NCBI GenBank assembly: GCA_035714445.1
Contig: DASTLY010000146.1
Coordinates: forward strand, 17,730-81,729
Source of the DNA: Mycobacteriales bacterium
GTDB lineage: Bacteria > Actinomycetota > Actinomycetes > Mycobacteriales > SCTD01
Length of the DNA stretch: 64,000 nucleotides
Reading direction: 5' to 3'
Part shown: in pieces, positions 8,771 to 18,725 of the stretch
How positions within the stretch are numbered: position 1 is the stretch's first letter
Layout: each line of letters opens with the position of its first letter
Notes under the pieces: model-generated
Told to the model about the DNA's origin: nothing
The model's database searches: none
The model's input: only the letters and a program-made list of their open reading frames with translations
Translations under genes and position numbers: made by a program

Positions 8771-11700
8771 GCGCGCTCCTCGGCGGCCAGGAGCGGCGCC
8801 CACAGCCGGCAGGCGAGCGCGCCGAACCTGGTGGGCTCGTCGGGCCACGGCTCGTCGTCGGCGGACGGCTCGGCGAGCAGGTCGCCGAGCGGCGCCGCCT
8901 CGCCCCAGACGTAGCGGTGGTGGCGGTCCTCGTCCTCACCGGGGAAGCGGGTGTCGTGCCAGGCGCGGCCGGCGCTCTCGAGCGCCTGCTCCCGGCTGTC
9001 CCCGCCGAGGCGGGCGGCCGCGTAGGCGGCGGAGGTCTTGGTGGCGATCGGCAGCGGCTCCCGCAGCCCGCGGTCGTGGAGCTCGACCAGCTGCGCGAGG
9101 ACGGCGGGCGCCCCGGCGGGGGCGACGACCGTCGCGGTGGCCGGCCCGCGCGGGCCGCGGCCGACGGTGACCGCCCGGTCGCCCGCCCCGCTGCCGGAAA
9201 GGGCCAGCGCGAGCACCCAGGCGCGGAGCCGGTGGCGCGGTGAGAGCCGGGAGTAGGTCACCGTCACCACGGCGCCGGCCCGTACTCCGTTGACGGTGCC
9301 GGACAGCAGCCGGCCACCGCCCAGGTCGATCCCGACATCGACGGCGCAGGCCGGCCCCGCCAGCAGCGGTGCGCTCGCCTCGGCCAGCGGTCCCACCCGC
9401 TCGCCGACCTTGGCGAGCACCTGGCTGCCGAGCGGACCGGGCGGCAGGGTCCCACGCAGCCACTCCATGCGCCGGGCGTCCGCGGGGTCCGTGCCGGCCA
9501 GCGCCGCGGCCAGCAGCCGGTCGCCGACCGCCCACTCCTGCAGGGCGTCGAGCGACACCGCCAGCGCGTCGTCGACCGTGTCGTCCTCGCCCGGCAACGT
9601 GATCCGCAGCCGCTGCCGCAGGTAGGCCCTGACCGGGTGCTCGAGGAAGGCGACGAGGTCGTCGAGCGCGACCGGCCCGCCCCGCAGCGGCAGCCGTTGC
9701 CGCGGCAGCCCGGGGGCCGGCGGCCGGATCAGGCGTCGGGCGCCCGCGAGGTTGACCGGGTCGAAGCTGAAGGGCGTGGGGCCGGTGAACTGGCGCGCGT
9801 CGTGGGGCTGCAGCGGGTGGCGTACGACGACCGCGTCCCGACCCCGGGAGGTCATCACCGCCACGACGTCGAGCAGCTCGCCGACCGGCACCGCGGGGGG
9901 CCGCACGGCGCCACTGACCGGGTCCGCTCCGGTGTGCAGCACGACCAGTCGCTCCCCGGCGGCAAGCACCGCGTCCAGCAGCAGCTGCCGGTCCTCGGCC
10001 CGGACGTCGCGCTCCCCCACGCACGGCTCCCGGGCGAGGACGTCGTCGCCGTCCACCCCGCCGGTGCGCGGGAAGACGCCGTCGTCCAGGCCGAGCAGCA
10101 CGACCACGCGGTGCGGCACCGACCGCATCGGGACCATCGTGCAGACCGTGAGGTTGCCGGTGCGGAAGTTGGCCCGGGTCGGCCGGCCGCGCAACCGCTC
10201 GGCCAGCAGGGCCCGTACGTCGGCCAGCGCGACCTCGCCGACCGCGCCCTCGGCCGCCTCCCCGAGCTCACGCCGTGCCTGCGCCAGCTGCCACGCGTCG
10301 TCCTCGGCGGTGTCGGTGAGGCTGTCGAGCCCGCCGGTGAGCGCGTCGACCCAGTGCCCGGCGGGGTGCTCGCCGGACAGCCGGCCCAGGACGTCCTCGA
10401 GGCGGTCGAGCAACTCGGCGAGCCGGCCGGCCAGCGCCGTGTCGCTGCTGTCGACGTCGTCGAGCGGCAGGGCGAGCCCCAGCCACACCGGCTCGTCCTC
10501 CGAGGTGGTGACGCCGAGCAGCAGCCGGTCCAGGCCGGCCTGCCAGGTGTTCTGCGGCACGCCGTCCAGGCCGTACGGCCGCCGTTGCCGGGCGTCGATC
10601 CCCCACCGGACCCCCGACCGGGCGACCCAGTCCCGGATCCGCTCGAGCTCCTCGTCGCCGAAACCGAAGCGCCGCCGCACGCCCGGGGTGGCGGCGAGGT
10701 CCAGCACCTGGCTGGCGGTGACCCGGCTGTCGGCCAGCTCGAGCAGGGTGGCGACCGTGTCGAGCAGCGGGTTGGTACGGCGCAGGCTCCGGTCGGCGAG
10801 CCGGACCCGCAGCGCGTGGCCGGGGTGGGCGTGCCCCTGGCCCAGGCCGAACGCGGCCGACACCAGCGGCGCGAAGGTCTCCACGTCGGGGCACAGCACC
10901 AGGACGTCGCGCGGCTCCAGGGTGGCGTCGTCCTGGAACAGCCGCAGCAGCACCTCCCGGAGCACCTCGACCTGACGCGCCGGGCCGTGGCAGGAGTGCA
11001 CGACGAACGACCCGTCGACCGGCGCGGCGCCGGGCGGCCGGTCCTCGCGCAGGTCGTCCTGCAGGCGCCCCAGCAGGGTGTCGGGGCGGGGTCCGTCCGG
11101 GTGGTGGCAGTCGCGGCCCGGGGGCAGGCGCAGCTGCAGCTCGCGCACGTCCCGGGCCATGCTGCGCAGCAGCGGGTGCCGGGCGAGCGTCGCCGTCGGG
11201 TCGGCCCGCCGGCTGGTCGCGGTCCGCCCGCGCAGCTGCTCCCACAGCGCCGGGCTGGGGTGCGGCAGCCACAGGTGCACGTCGCGGTGCTCGGCCAGCG
11301 CCGACAGCACCTGCAGGTGGGCGTGCGGCAGCCGGGTCGGGCCGAACAGGCTGAGGCGCTCCGGCAGGTCGGACCGGCCGGGGTCGGCGACGAGTGCCGC
11401 ACAGCTGTCGGGCAGGCGCTCCGCCGGGCTGGGGCCCAGCCGGTCCCGGAGCCGCCGCCACAGCTCGGCCTGCCACTGCAGGTCGGCAGGCAGCGGGCCG
11501 GAGCCGTCGGTGTCGCGGCCCTGCGCCCAGTCGCGCAGCAGGTGCGGCCGGTGCAGGGCGTAGGAGTGGAACAGCTCCGCCAGGTGCGCGGCCGCGGCCC
11601 ACCTCCGGCCGCGGCGGTGACCGCCCGGCTCCCCGCTGGCGAGCTGCTCGCCGTGCCCGAGGTGCTGGGCCAGCACGGCGCACCACGGCTCGGCCATGCA

Positions 11701-12015
11701 CTCGTCGATCACCGCAAGCAGTGGCCACACCGGCGCCGACCAGGGGTCGGTGCGGGCATCGCGCCCGCTCCCCGCCGCGAGCGCGTCGTCGACCAGCCGG
11801 CCGGGCGCGGGAAAGGCGATGCCGGAGCAGATCCCGTCGGCGTCGGCACCGGCCCCGAGCACGCCGGCGAGCCGCTGCGAGAGCCACCGCTCCACGCCCT
11901 TGGCCGGCACCGCCACGACCTCGCTCCGGAACGGGTCCGACAGCGGCCGGCGCAGCACCTGCGCCAGGCCGTCGGCGAGCCGGGCCGTGCGTTCGGCGCG
12001 GTGGAGGTGCAGCAC
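8767..12015 (-). CDS. recC: Exodeoxyribonuclease V gamma subunit RecC
   Basis: The protein is 1082 aa with GTG at 12015. The N-terminus MLHLHRAERTARLADGLAQVL...VVAVPAKGVERWLSQRLA is typical of RecC, and the gene sits directly upstream of recB-recD. Confidence 0.92.
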   Translation of the reverse strand: MLHLHRAERTARLADGLAQVLRRPLSDPFRSEVVAVPAKGVERWLSQRLAGVLGAGADADGICSGIAFPAPGRLVDDALAAGSGRDARTDPWSAPVWPLLAVIDECMAEPWCAVLAQHLGHGEQLASGEPGGHRRGRRWAAAAHLAELFHSYALHRPHLLRDWAQGRDTDGSGPLPADLQWQAELWRRLRDRLGPSPAERLPDSCAALVADPGRSDLPERLSLFGPTRLPHAHLQVLSALAEHRDVHLWLPHPSPALWEQLRGRTATSRRADPTATLARHPLLRSMARDVRELQLRLPPGRDCHHPDGPRPDTLLGRLQDDLREDRPPGAAPVDGSFVVHSCHGPARQVEVLREVLLRLFQDDATLEPRDVLVLCPDVETFAPLVSAAFGLGQGHAHPGHALRVRLADRSLRRTNPLLDTVATLLELADSRVTASQVLDLAATPGVRRRFGFGDEELERIRDWVARSGVRWGIDARQRRPYGLDGVPQNTWQAGLDRLLLGVTTSEDEPVWLGLALPLDDVDSSDTALAGRLAELLDRLEDVLGRLSGEHPAGHWVDALTGGLDSLTDTAEDDAWQLAQARRELGEAAEGAVGEVALADVRALLAERLRGRPTRANFRTGNLTVCTMVPMRSVPHRVVVLLGLDDGVFPRTGGVDGDDVLAREPCVGERDVRAEDRQLLLDAVLAAGERLVVLHTGADPVSGAVRPPAVPVGELLDVVAVMTSRGRDAVVVRHPLQPHDARQFTGPTPFSFDPVNLAGARRLIRPPAPGLPRQRLPLRGGPVALDDLVAFLEHPVRAYLRQRLRITLPGEDDTVDDALAVSLDALQEWAVGDRLLAAALAGTDPADARRMEWLRGTLPPGPLGSQVLAKVGERVGPLAEASAPLLAGPACAVDVGIDLGGGRLLSGTVNGVRAGAVVTVTYSRLSPRHRLRAWVLALALSGSGAGDRAVTVGRGPRGPATATVVAPAGAPAVLAQLVELHDRGLREPLPIATKTSAAYAAARLGGDSREQALESAGRAWHDTRFPGEDEDRHHRYVWGEAAPLGDLLAEPSADDEPWPDEPTRFGALACRLWAPLLAAEERA

Positions 12016-12099
12016 ACCGTCTGTCTACCTCGGGGCACCGACAGTTCCGGTCAGTTCGCCGACAGGGTGGGCCGCTCGCAGGTGGGCAGGGGAACCGGC

Positions 12100-12951
12100 A
12101 TGACGCCTCCTGCCCCGGGCGACCGGGTTGTCCTGCTCACCGGCGCGTCCTCCGGCATCGGCCGCGAGAGCGCCCTGCGCTTCGCCCGGGCCGGCGACAC
12201 CGTCGTCGGCGTCGCCCGGCACGAGCCCGCGCTGCGCGAGCTCGCCGCCGAGCAGAGCGGCATCGAGGTGGAGGTGTGCGACCTGGACGTCGCGGCCGAC
12301 CGCGAGGCCCTGGTGCAGCGGGTGCTGGCGCGGCACGGTCGCATCGACGTCCTGGTCAACAACGCCGGGGTCGGGGCCATCGGCCTGCTGCACGAGCTCA
12401 GCGGCAAGGACGTCGAGCGGGTCTACCAGACCAACATCATCGCGTACGCCGACCTGGCCCGGCTCGTCCTGCCCCAGATGCTGGCGCGCGGCAGCGGCGC
12501 CCTGGTGCAGCTGTCCTCCGCGGGCGCCTGGGTCTCCGGTCCGCCGTCGACGATCTACTCCTCCAGCAAGTTCGCCGTCGACGGCCTGGTGGAGGGGCTG
12601 CGCCGGGAGACCCACGGCACCGGCGTGCTGGTGCACTCGGTCAACCCGGGCCCGATCGCCACGCCGTACCTGTCCCGCACGGCCGAGCGCCCGCCGCAGC
12701 CAGGTGACCCGGAGGTGCCCGACGCGCCCGGGTTCCCGGCCTCGTGGGTGGCGGACGCCGTCTTCGAGGTCGCGGCGGCCGGCCGGCCGATGACCCGCGC
12801 CGTACCCCGACCGGTGGGGCTGCTGCGGCTGGCGCAGGTGCCGCCGGTCGGGTTCGTGCTCGACGTCGTGCTCGGGCGCCTCGCCGGGCCGGTCGTGAAG
12901 CTCGCCCGCGACGCCGTCGCCGTACGGGTGCAGGGCATCCCGCGTCGCTGA
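12100..12951 (+). CDS. SDR family oxidoreductase
   Basis: Only the last 284 codons of track ORF 9637..12951 are a gene; the rest is antisense to recC. It has TGASSGIG and NNAG motifs and the YSSSK catalytic motif. ATG is at 12100. Confidence 0.9.
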   Translation: MTPPAPGDRVVLLTGASSGIGRESALRFARAGDTVVGVARHEPALRELAAEQSGIEVEVCDLDVAADREALVQRVLARHGRIDVLVNNAGVGAIGLLHELSGKDVERVYQTNIIAYADLARLVLPQMLARGSGALVQLSSAGAWVSGPPSTIYSSSKFAVDGLVEGLRRETHGTGVLVHSVNPGPIATPYLSRTAERPPQPGDPEVPDAPGFPASWVADAVFEVAAAGRPMTRAVPRPVGLLRLAQVPPVGFVLDVVLGRLAGPVVKLARDAVAVRVQGIPRR

Positions 12952-12985
12952 CCGCGCAGGCCCGCGCCCATGGCAAGGTGTCCCC

Positions 12986-13669
12986 GTGCGTCCTCTGAGC
13001 GTGGTCGGCCTGACCAGTGACGGCCTGCGCCTGGTGCTGCGCTCGGGCAACGACACCTTCGAGCTGGCGCTGCGGGACGTTCCCAGCGCCCGCCAGCCGG
13101 CGCTGCCGTTCGCCGAGGGCGCGCCGCCCACCCCGCGCGAGATCCAGCAGCGGGTCCGCGCCGGCGAGACGTCGGCGCAGATCGCGGAGCAGTCCGGGCT
13201 GCCGGTCGAGCACGTCCGGCGCTACGAGGGACCGGTGCTGGCCGAGCGCGAGTACCAGGCCACCCGGGCGCAGCGGGCCCGGGTCGAGGGCCGTCCGGTC
13301 GCGGAGCTCGTGGCCGAGCACATGCTGCGGATGGCCCAGGACCCGGAGCAGCTGTACTGGGACGCCTGGCTCGTCGAGCCGGGCCGCTGGGAGGTGCAGG
13401 CGCACTGCGGCCGCGAGTCCGTACGGCTGCGGTGGGACCCCGCGACGGTCAAGGTGCAGGCCATCGACGAGGCCGCCCGGCACGCGCTGCGCCTCGGGCC
13501 GGTCTCCGACGACGCCCTGGGGGCGGTCCTGCGGCCGGTCTCGGGCCGCGCCGTCCCCGTCCCCGCCGCACCGCGCAAGACCCCGGCCAAGGCCAAGCGG
13601 GCCGCGATCCCCGCGTGGGGCGACATCACGGCGGGTGTCGCCGGTCGGCCGACCGACCCGGACGGCTGA
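12986..13669 (+). CDS. sepH: Septation protein SepH (DUF3071 family)
   Basis: The start is GTG. The DUF3071-type N-terminus is MRPLSVVGLTSDGLRLVL. An HTH-like block is TPREIQQRVRAGETSAQIAEQSGLPVEHVRRYEGPVLAEREY. The basic C-terminal tail ends in KRAAIPAWGDI, resembling the conserved SepH C-terminal motif. Confidence 0.75.
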   Translation: MRPLSVVGLTSDGLRLVLRSGNDTFELALRDVPSARQPALPFAEGAPPTPREIQQRVRAGETSAQIAEQSGLPVEHVRRYEGPVLAEREYQATRAQRARVEGRPVAELVAEHMLRMAQDPEQLYWDAWLVEPGRWEVQAHCGRESVRLRWDPATVKVQAIDEAARHALRLGPVSDDALGAVLRPVSGRAVPVPAAPRKTPAKAKRAAIPAWGDITAGVAGRPTDPDG

Positions 13670-13682
13670 GCGTGCGCGGCCG

Positions 13683-14276
13683 CTACCCGTCGGGGTCGAC
13701 CGGCAGGGGCAGTCGCCGCCACCGCCCCAGTGGGCTGAGGGTGTCGAGGTCCACGGAGTACCAGCTGCCCTGACCCGGCTGGTCGTGCCGGCGGTCGATG
13801 GGCTCGCGCGCCAGGTGGCACCACAGCAGGGTCGCGACGGCCCCGTGACAGACGACGGCGACATCGCCCTCGACGGCGTGCCGCAGGCAGCGCCCGACGG
13901 CACCGACCACCCGGACCTGCGCGTCCTGCGCGGTCTCCCAGCCGCGGCTGCTCCGCGCGGGGTGGGCGAAGAACAGGTCGGCGAGCTCCTCGAACTCCGC
14001 GGGCGGGAGGAAGCCGGTGGCGGAGCGGTCGTTCTCGCCCAGGTCCGGGTCCACGGCGACGCCGGTGGCGCCGCAGGCCCGGGCAAGCAGCTCGGCGGTC
14101 TGCGCGGCCTTGCGCTCGCTGCTGCTGAACACGTGCCGGACCCGGGGGACCCACCACAACCGCAGCAGCCCCTGTGCCCGTCGACGCCCGAGCTCCGACA
14201 GCGACCAGTCCGGCACCGGCACGTCGGCGCGCACCTCCACCTCGGGGTGCGTCACGACGTGGAGCAGCCGGGGCAC
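13683..14276 (-). CDS. Histidine phosphatase (phosphoglycerate mutase-like) family protein
   Basis: The protein is 197 aa. The blocks HVVTHPEV, FSSSERKAAQTAELL and VAVVCHGAV fit the family layout, with a variant of the RHG motif. Confidence 0.7.
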   Translation of the reverse strand: MPRLLHVVTHPEVEVRADVPVPDWSLSELGRRRAQGLLRLWWVPRVRHVFSSSERKAAQTAELLARACGATGVAVDPDLGENDRSATGFLPPAEFEELADLFFAHPARSSRGWETAQDAQVRVVGAVGRCLRHAVEGDVAVVCHGAVATLLWCHLAREPIDRRHDQPGQGSWYSVDLDTLSPLGRWRRLPLPVDPDG

Positions 14277-14319
14277 GGGCGCAGCGTAGGCCGTGGGACT
14301 GCCCGATCCCGACGGCCGG

Positions 14320-14563
14320 CTACAGGCGGGGGTCGACCGGCTCGGGCTCGAGGGCGAGCACCGCGAGGACGGGCTCGTGCACCCGCCACAGGGCCTCGCG
14401 CTGCACCGCGCGCTCGAGCGACTCGATGCGCGTACTCCCGGGCCGCCGGCGAGCGCCGATGCCCGAGGCTCCGCCTGCGGAGCCGCACCAGGTTGGCCCG
14501 CTCGGTGTAGTCCTGCCCGTAGATGATGTGCAGGTACTCCCGGCCGCGGTCAGGTCCTCCCAC
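14320..14563 (-). pseudogene. Possible frameshifted remnant of a small gene of unknown family
   Basis: Two minus-strand frames each hold a protein-like stretch. One reads ...VGGPDRGREYLHIIYGQDYTERANLVRLRRRSLG. After a shift near 14455-14465 the other reads IGARRRPGSTRIESLERAVQREALWRVHEPVLAVLALEPEPVDPRL, ending at TAG 14320-14322. Neither frame alone has start, body and stop. Confidence 0.3.
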
Positions 14564-14673
14564 CAGCGGGTCGCCGCGGCGGTCGACGCCGGGTCGGTGG
14601 TGTCGACCGGGAGACGTCTGGTCGCGCGCGCATCTGGTTCGGCCCGGCGGCTGCAGTTCCGGAGGGCCGACGG

Positions 14674-15423
14674 CTACCCGGTACGCCCGGAGTGCGTCGA
14701 CGGGTCCTCGCCGCGGGTCAGCGGCGGCACGTGCTCGAGCGCGCCCGCCAGCCCGCCCAGCAACCGGCTGGACCGGTCGGCGAGCCCGGGCAGCGGGCCC
14801 GGAGCGCGGCGTCCGGCCCGCTCCAGCCCGTCCCGGGTCCGGTCCAGGAGCGACAGCGGCAGGGCGGCGACGACGTTGCCCGGCGGCCGGCGGGCGACGA
14901 CCGGGTGCGGCCGGGTCGGGGCGGTCCGTCGTACGAGCTCCCACGTACGGCCGAGGCGCCGCAGCCTCGGGCCGTCCAGCGCGGCCTGCAGCCGCGGCAG
15001 GATGAGGTCCTCCTCGTCGCGGGCGTCCTGGCGCAGCAGCGCCGACACGCGGTCGATCAGGGCCGCCCGCCCAGGGTCGCCGTGCGGGGTGCGCTCCAGC
15101 CGGGCGACCAGCTCGTTGATCTCCTGGTGCTCCTGCTCGTTGCGCACGGTGAGCTCCTGGCCGTCCGGCAGCGTCGCGCGCACCACCGGCCAGACCACGC
15201 TCTCCTCGGCGAACGCGTGCGGGAACACCAGCCGGTACAGCGCCCGCAGCGTCTCGTCCTGCTCCGGGCCGCTGGTCGCCGCGAGCCGGTCGAGCAGCAC
15301 GTCTAGCTTCGCATGGTCGCGGCGCTGCCGCACCAGCAGGCTCGCCTGCCCGCCGAGCTCGTCCACCGACTGCTGCGCGACCGAGCGCACTGCCCCTGAT
15401 GCGGGTCCTGAGGTGATGTCCAC
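14674..15423 (-). CDS. Hemerythrin domain-containing protein
   Basis: The protein is 249 aa. It has helical His/Glu-rich blocks (RRDHAKLDVLL, FPHAFAEESVVWP, EQEHQEINELV, EEDLILPRL) typical of hemerythrin-like cation-binding domains. Confidence 0.7.
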   Translation of the reverse strand: MDITSGPASGAVRSVAQQSVDELGGQASLLVRQRRDHAKLDVLLDRLAATSGPEQDETLRALYRLVFPHAFAEESVVWPVVRATLPDGQELTVRNEQEHQEINELVARLERTPHGDPGRAALIDRVSALLRQDARDEEDLILPRLQAALDGPRLRRLGRTWELVRRTAPTRPHPVVARRPPGNVVAALPLSLLDRTRDGLERAGRRAPGPLPGLADRSSRLLGGLAGALEHVPPLTRGEDPSTHSGRTG

Positions 15424-15462
15424 CCGGCGCGGTTTCCCGGCCTGCGGCGGCCGAACCGTGCG

Positions 15463-16467
15463 TCAGCGGTAGCGCAGGACCCCGTCGACGTCCTCCCGCG
15501 CCAGCCGGCCCTGGAGCGCGAGCAGGTCGAGGTGCGCCCCGGTCTCGAAGATCGCCAGCATCGCGTTGAAGCCGTCGAGATCGGCAAAGGAGCGGCCGTG
15601 CCGGGTCCAGAGCAGCCGTGTGGCGACGGCCGCGGCCGGCTCGCCCGTGCCGGTCGCGGCCTCGTGCACGTCGTCGAGCCGACGGCCGTGGTGGGCGACG
15701 AGCTCGTCGACCCGGGCGTGCACCGAGTCGCGCACCTCGCCGTGCGCCGGCAGCAGCACGGCGTCGGGACGGGCGCGCACCAGCGCGAGGGAGCGCAGGA
15801 AGGCGCCGAGCGGGTCGGCGCTGAGCACCGGCTCGAAGCCGATCGAGGGGGTGATCGTCGGCAGCACGTGGTCGCCGGCGAACAGCAGGCCGGCCGCCAG
15901 GTCGTGGAAGACGAGGTGCCCCGTGGTGTGCCCGGGCGTGGGCACCGCCTCGAGGACCCGGCCGCCCGGCAGCGGCACCTCGCCCGGCGGCAGCCACTGG
16001 TCAGGCAGCTCCCACACGTCGCGGTCGAACGGGTGCCCGGTCAGCGCCTCCTGCATCCGGTCGGCCCGTTCGCCGGCCCCGAGCCGGCGCAGCAGGTCGA
16101 GGTGCACGTCGAGCGGGTTGCGGTCCGGCTCCTGCATGCGCTCGAGCGTGGGCCGCTCGCCGGCCCCCAGCGCCACCACCGCGCCCGTCTCGCGACGCAG
16201 GGTCACGGCCTGCGTGTAGTGGTCGCGGTGCGCGTGGGTGACCAGGAACCGGCGGATGTCGCCGAGCTGCGCCCCGATCTGCGACAGGCCGGCGACGAGC
16301 ACCTCCCGGGCCGCGGGCAGCGCCCAGCCGCCGTCCACCAGCACCAGCCCGTCGGCCGTCTCGAGGGTATAGACGTTGACGGCCTTGAGACCGTCGTCCG
16401 GCAGCGGCAGCGGGATGCGGTGCACGCCGGGGGCGACGGGGAACGCGCCGGGCTCGGTCCAGGTCAT
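15463..16467 (-). CDS. MBL-fold metallo-hydrolase
   Basis: This is the last 334 codons of run-on track ORF 15463..19374. ATG 16467 gives MTWTEPGAF. It has the HxHxDH motif (THAHRDHY) plus TPGHTTGH and a downstream His. Confidence 0.88.
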   Translation of the reverse strand: MTWTEPGAFPVAPGVHRIPLPLPDDGLKAVNVYTLETADGLVLVDGGWALPAAREVLVAGLSQIGAQLGDIRRFLVTHAHRDHYTQAVTLRRETGAVVALGAGERPTLERMQEPDRNPLDVHLDLLRRLGAGERADRMQEALTGHPFDRDVWELPDQWLPPGEVPLPGGRVLEAVPTPGHTTGHLVFHDLAAGLLFAGDHVLPTITPSIGFEPVLSADPLGAFLRSLALVRARPDAVLLPAHGEVRDSVHARVDELVAHHGRRLDDVHEAATGTGEPAAAVATRLLWTRHGRSFADLDGFNAMLAIFETGAHLDLLALQGRLAREDVDGVLRYR

Positions 16468-16668
16468 GGGCCTGCCTACCAGGGCACCGGTTCCGGCTCG
16501 CAGCCGCACCGCGGGGAGCCGGCAAGGGTGCAGGTCGACCGGGTTCCTGGCGGCCGACAGGACCCACCGGGGCGGGTGCCCGGGCGTGGCCGGCGGAGCC
16601 CGGCCGCGCGCACGGCGCCGCCGTTGTCGCACGGCGCCCGCCGCATCCGTGAGACTGGACACGTGACC

Positions 16669-18426
16669 ATGCCCGAGCAGCACTCCCCGCCCGTCTACGC
16701 CTTTGCGGCCGGCGCGGTGCTGCACGCCCACGCCGACAGCACCCTCGAGCCCGCGGTCGTGCTGCACACGTTCCTGCCGGTCGCGGTCCGCGACCGCCTC
16801 GACGGCGCGGACGTGCGCGTCGACGTCTCCTCCGACGGCCCGGGCTCGGGGACCGTGACGGTCCGGGTGCTGGCCGACGGCCAGGCCCTGACCTGGTCGC
16901 TGCCCCTGGCGCCCCTGGTCGCCGCGCTGCCGGGGCAGTCCGGCGACGACGGGCGGATGGTCCTGCTCGCGGTCGTGGACGCCGAGCCCGCTCCCGGCTT
17001 CTGGGCCCAGGCCGTGGACTGCGAGCAGCTCGCGGCCGAGCTGCAGCTGCCGGTCGCCGATCTCGCCGAGGCCCTGCGCGGCCGGCTCACGCCCTGGCTG
17101 GCGGAGGACCTCGAGCTGCTGCTGCACGACGACGCCCACGACCGGGCTGCCGACTCCTCGCCCGCGCAGATCGTGGCGGACGCCGTCCTGGCGCACTACC
17201 GGGGCGACCTCGACGCCGCGGACGTGAGTGGCCGCCTGGTGCAGGCGCTGGTCTACGCGCCCGAGCCCAGCCAGCTGGAGATCGGCGCCCGGCTGTGCGC
17301 AGCCCTCGCCGCCGCCGTACGGGTCGCCGGCCCGGCCGTCGTCGCGACCGTCCTCGGCGGCCTGGGCCCGTTCGAGGCCGAGGAGCAGCGGCTGCTCTCC
17401 GCGCTGCCCGAGGCGATGGCCCTGCCCCAGGCGTCGGAGACCGAGGCGGCCATGGACCTCGTGATCGCCTCCCCCGACCGGGACGAGGGCGTGCGCGCCG
17501 CGGTACGCGTCACGGCGCAGCTGGCCCGGGCGGCCTTCGGCCCCGACCTGCCGCCCGACCAGGTCCTCGCCCGCCTCGAGATGGTCGACGACGCGGGGCT
17601 GCTGCGGCTGGCCCGGCTCTGGGTCGACCTGGCGCTCGGCGCCGCCGGCGACGCCCGGCACGCCGAGGGACTGCCCGACCGGGTTCGCGCCCAGGGCCGC
17701 CCCGGCGTGCTGTGGCTGCGCGGCACGGCCACCGCGCTCGCCTCGGCCGCGGTCGGGGTCGCGGGCCGCCGGGTCGAGCGGATCCTGCCGTCGTTGCGCG
17801 ACGCCCAGGAGGCGGCCGACAGCGAGGTGGAGGCCCGGGTCCGCGCCGGCCTGGACCTGGCGAAGTTCGTCCGCACCCGGGCCGGGATCGGCCCCGGCTC
17901 CTGGCTGCTGCTGCCGGCTCCCGCGGCCGCCTCCGCCGCGCTCGGCGCACTGCTCGACGGCGCGGACACCGACAACGTGGTCGACCTGCTCGCCGAGCTG
18001 CTGGAGAACGACGTCGACAGCCCCGACCTGCTCGACGGGCTGGTCTGCGCGACCGCGTCGCTGCTCGTCGGGCTCGACCCGCAGCAGGACGACGCCGTAC
18101 GCCGGATGCAGGTCGCCGACCTGCTGTCCGCTGTCCAGGGCGGGCCGCGGGGACCACGCTGGCTGCTCGGCACGCTGCTGCGGCTGGCGCCGGGACACGA
18201 CCCGCTCGCCGTCGACCTGGCGGCCTTCCTGCCGGACGAGCGCGCCGTAGACCCCGACCGGGCGGTGGAGAAGCTCGGCCTGCACGGGCTGCTCCGCGCC
18301 GGGCTGGACTGCCTGGCCGCGCTGGCCGCGGTGCTCGGGGAGGAGGCCGACCTGCCGCTCGAGGAGCTCTACCGCGACGTGCTCCCGGGCGCGCTCGAGG
18401 AGCACCAGCTTCTGCGCTCGTCCTGA
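16669..18426 (+). CDS. Hypothetical protein, 585 aa, Ala/Leu/Asp-rich, no recognisable domain
   Basis: This is the tail of track ORF 15532..18426. The start is ATG 16669 (or in-frame GTG 16663). GC3 is consistently high. I can see no TM segment, signal peptide or catalytic motif. Confidence 0.6.
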   Translation: MPEQHSPPVYAFAAGAVLHAHADSTLEPAVVLHTFLPVAVRDRLDGADVRVDVSSDGPGSGTVTVRVLADGQALTWSLPLAPLVAALPGQSGDDGRMVLLAVVDAEPAPGFWAQAVDCEQLAAELQLPVADLAEALRGRLTPWLAEDLELLLHDDAHDRAADSSPAQIVADAVLAHYRGDLDAADVSGRLVQALVYAPEPSQLEIGARLCAALAAAVRVAGPAVVATVLGGLGPFEAEEQRLLSALPEAMALPQASETEAAMDLVIASPDRDEGVRAAVRVTAQLARAAFGPDLPPDQVLARLEMVDDAGLLRLARLWVDLALGAAGDARHAEGLPDRVRAQGRPGVLWLRGTATALASAAVGVAGRRVERILPSLRDAQEAADSEVEARVRAGLDLAKFVRTRAGIGPGSWLLLPAPAAASAALGALLDGADTDNVVDLLAELLENDVDSPDLLDGLVCATASLLVGLDPQQDDAVRRMQVADLLSAVQGGPRGPRWLLGTLLRLAPGHDPLAVDLAAFLPDERAVDPDRAVEKLGLHGLLRAGLDCLAALAAVLGEEADLPLEELYRDVLPGALEEHQLLRSS

Positions 18427-18489
18427 CGGCTCAGCGACCGCCCGCGGGGTAACACGGCCGCGACCCGCCCTTCCACGCAGGAGGCTGCT

Positions 18490-18717
18490 GTGAGCAACCC
18501 CGAGATCGTCCCGCCGTCCGACGAGCCCGACGCCGCTGTCGGTACGGGCAGCGGCCGCGACGCGCAGGCCGCCACGCGGCCGCCAGACAACAGCGCCAGC
18601 ACGAGCGGGCTGGGCACCCACGACGAGCAGCAGGGGGCGTCCGCGAAGGGCGGCGCGGCGTACCAGCTCTCGGGCTCCGACGACGACGGCCCGCCCCGGA
18701 GCCCCAGCGGCACCTGA
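18490..18717 (+). CDS. Small acidic, low-complexity (Ser/Gly/Asp/Pro-rich) hypothetical protein, 75 aa
   Basis: GTG 18490 is preceded by a perfect AGGAGG at 18479-18484 (5-nt spacer). Codon third positions are G/C-rich. Confidence 0.55.
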   Translation: MSNPEIVPPSDEPDAAVGTGSGRDAQAATRPPDNSASTSGLGTHDEQQGASAKGGAAYQLSGSDDDGPPRSPSGT

Positions 18718-18725
18718 CAGCACGC

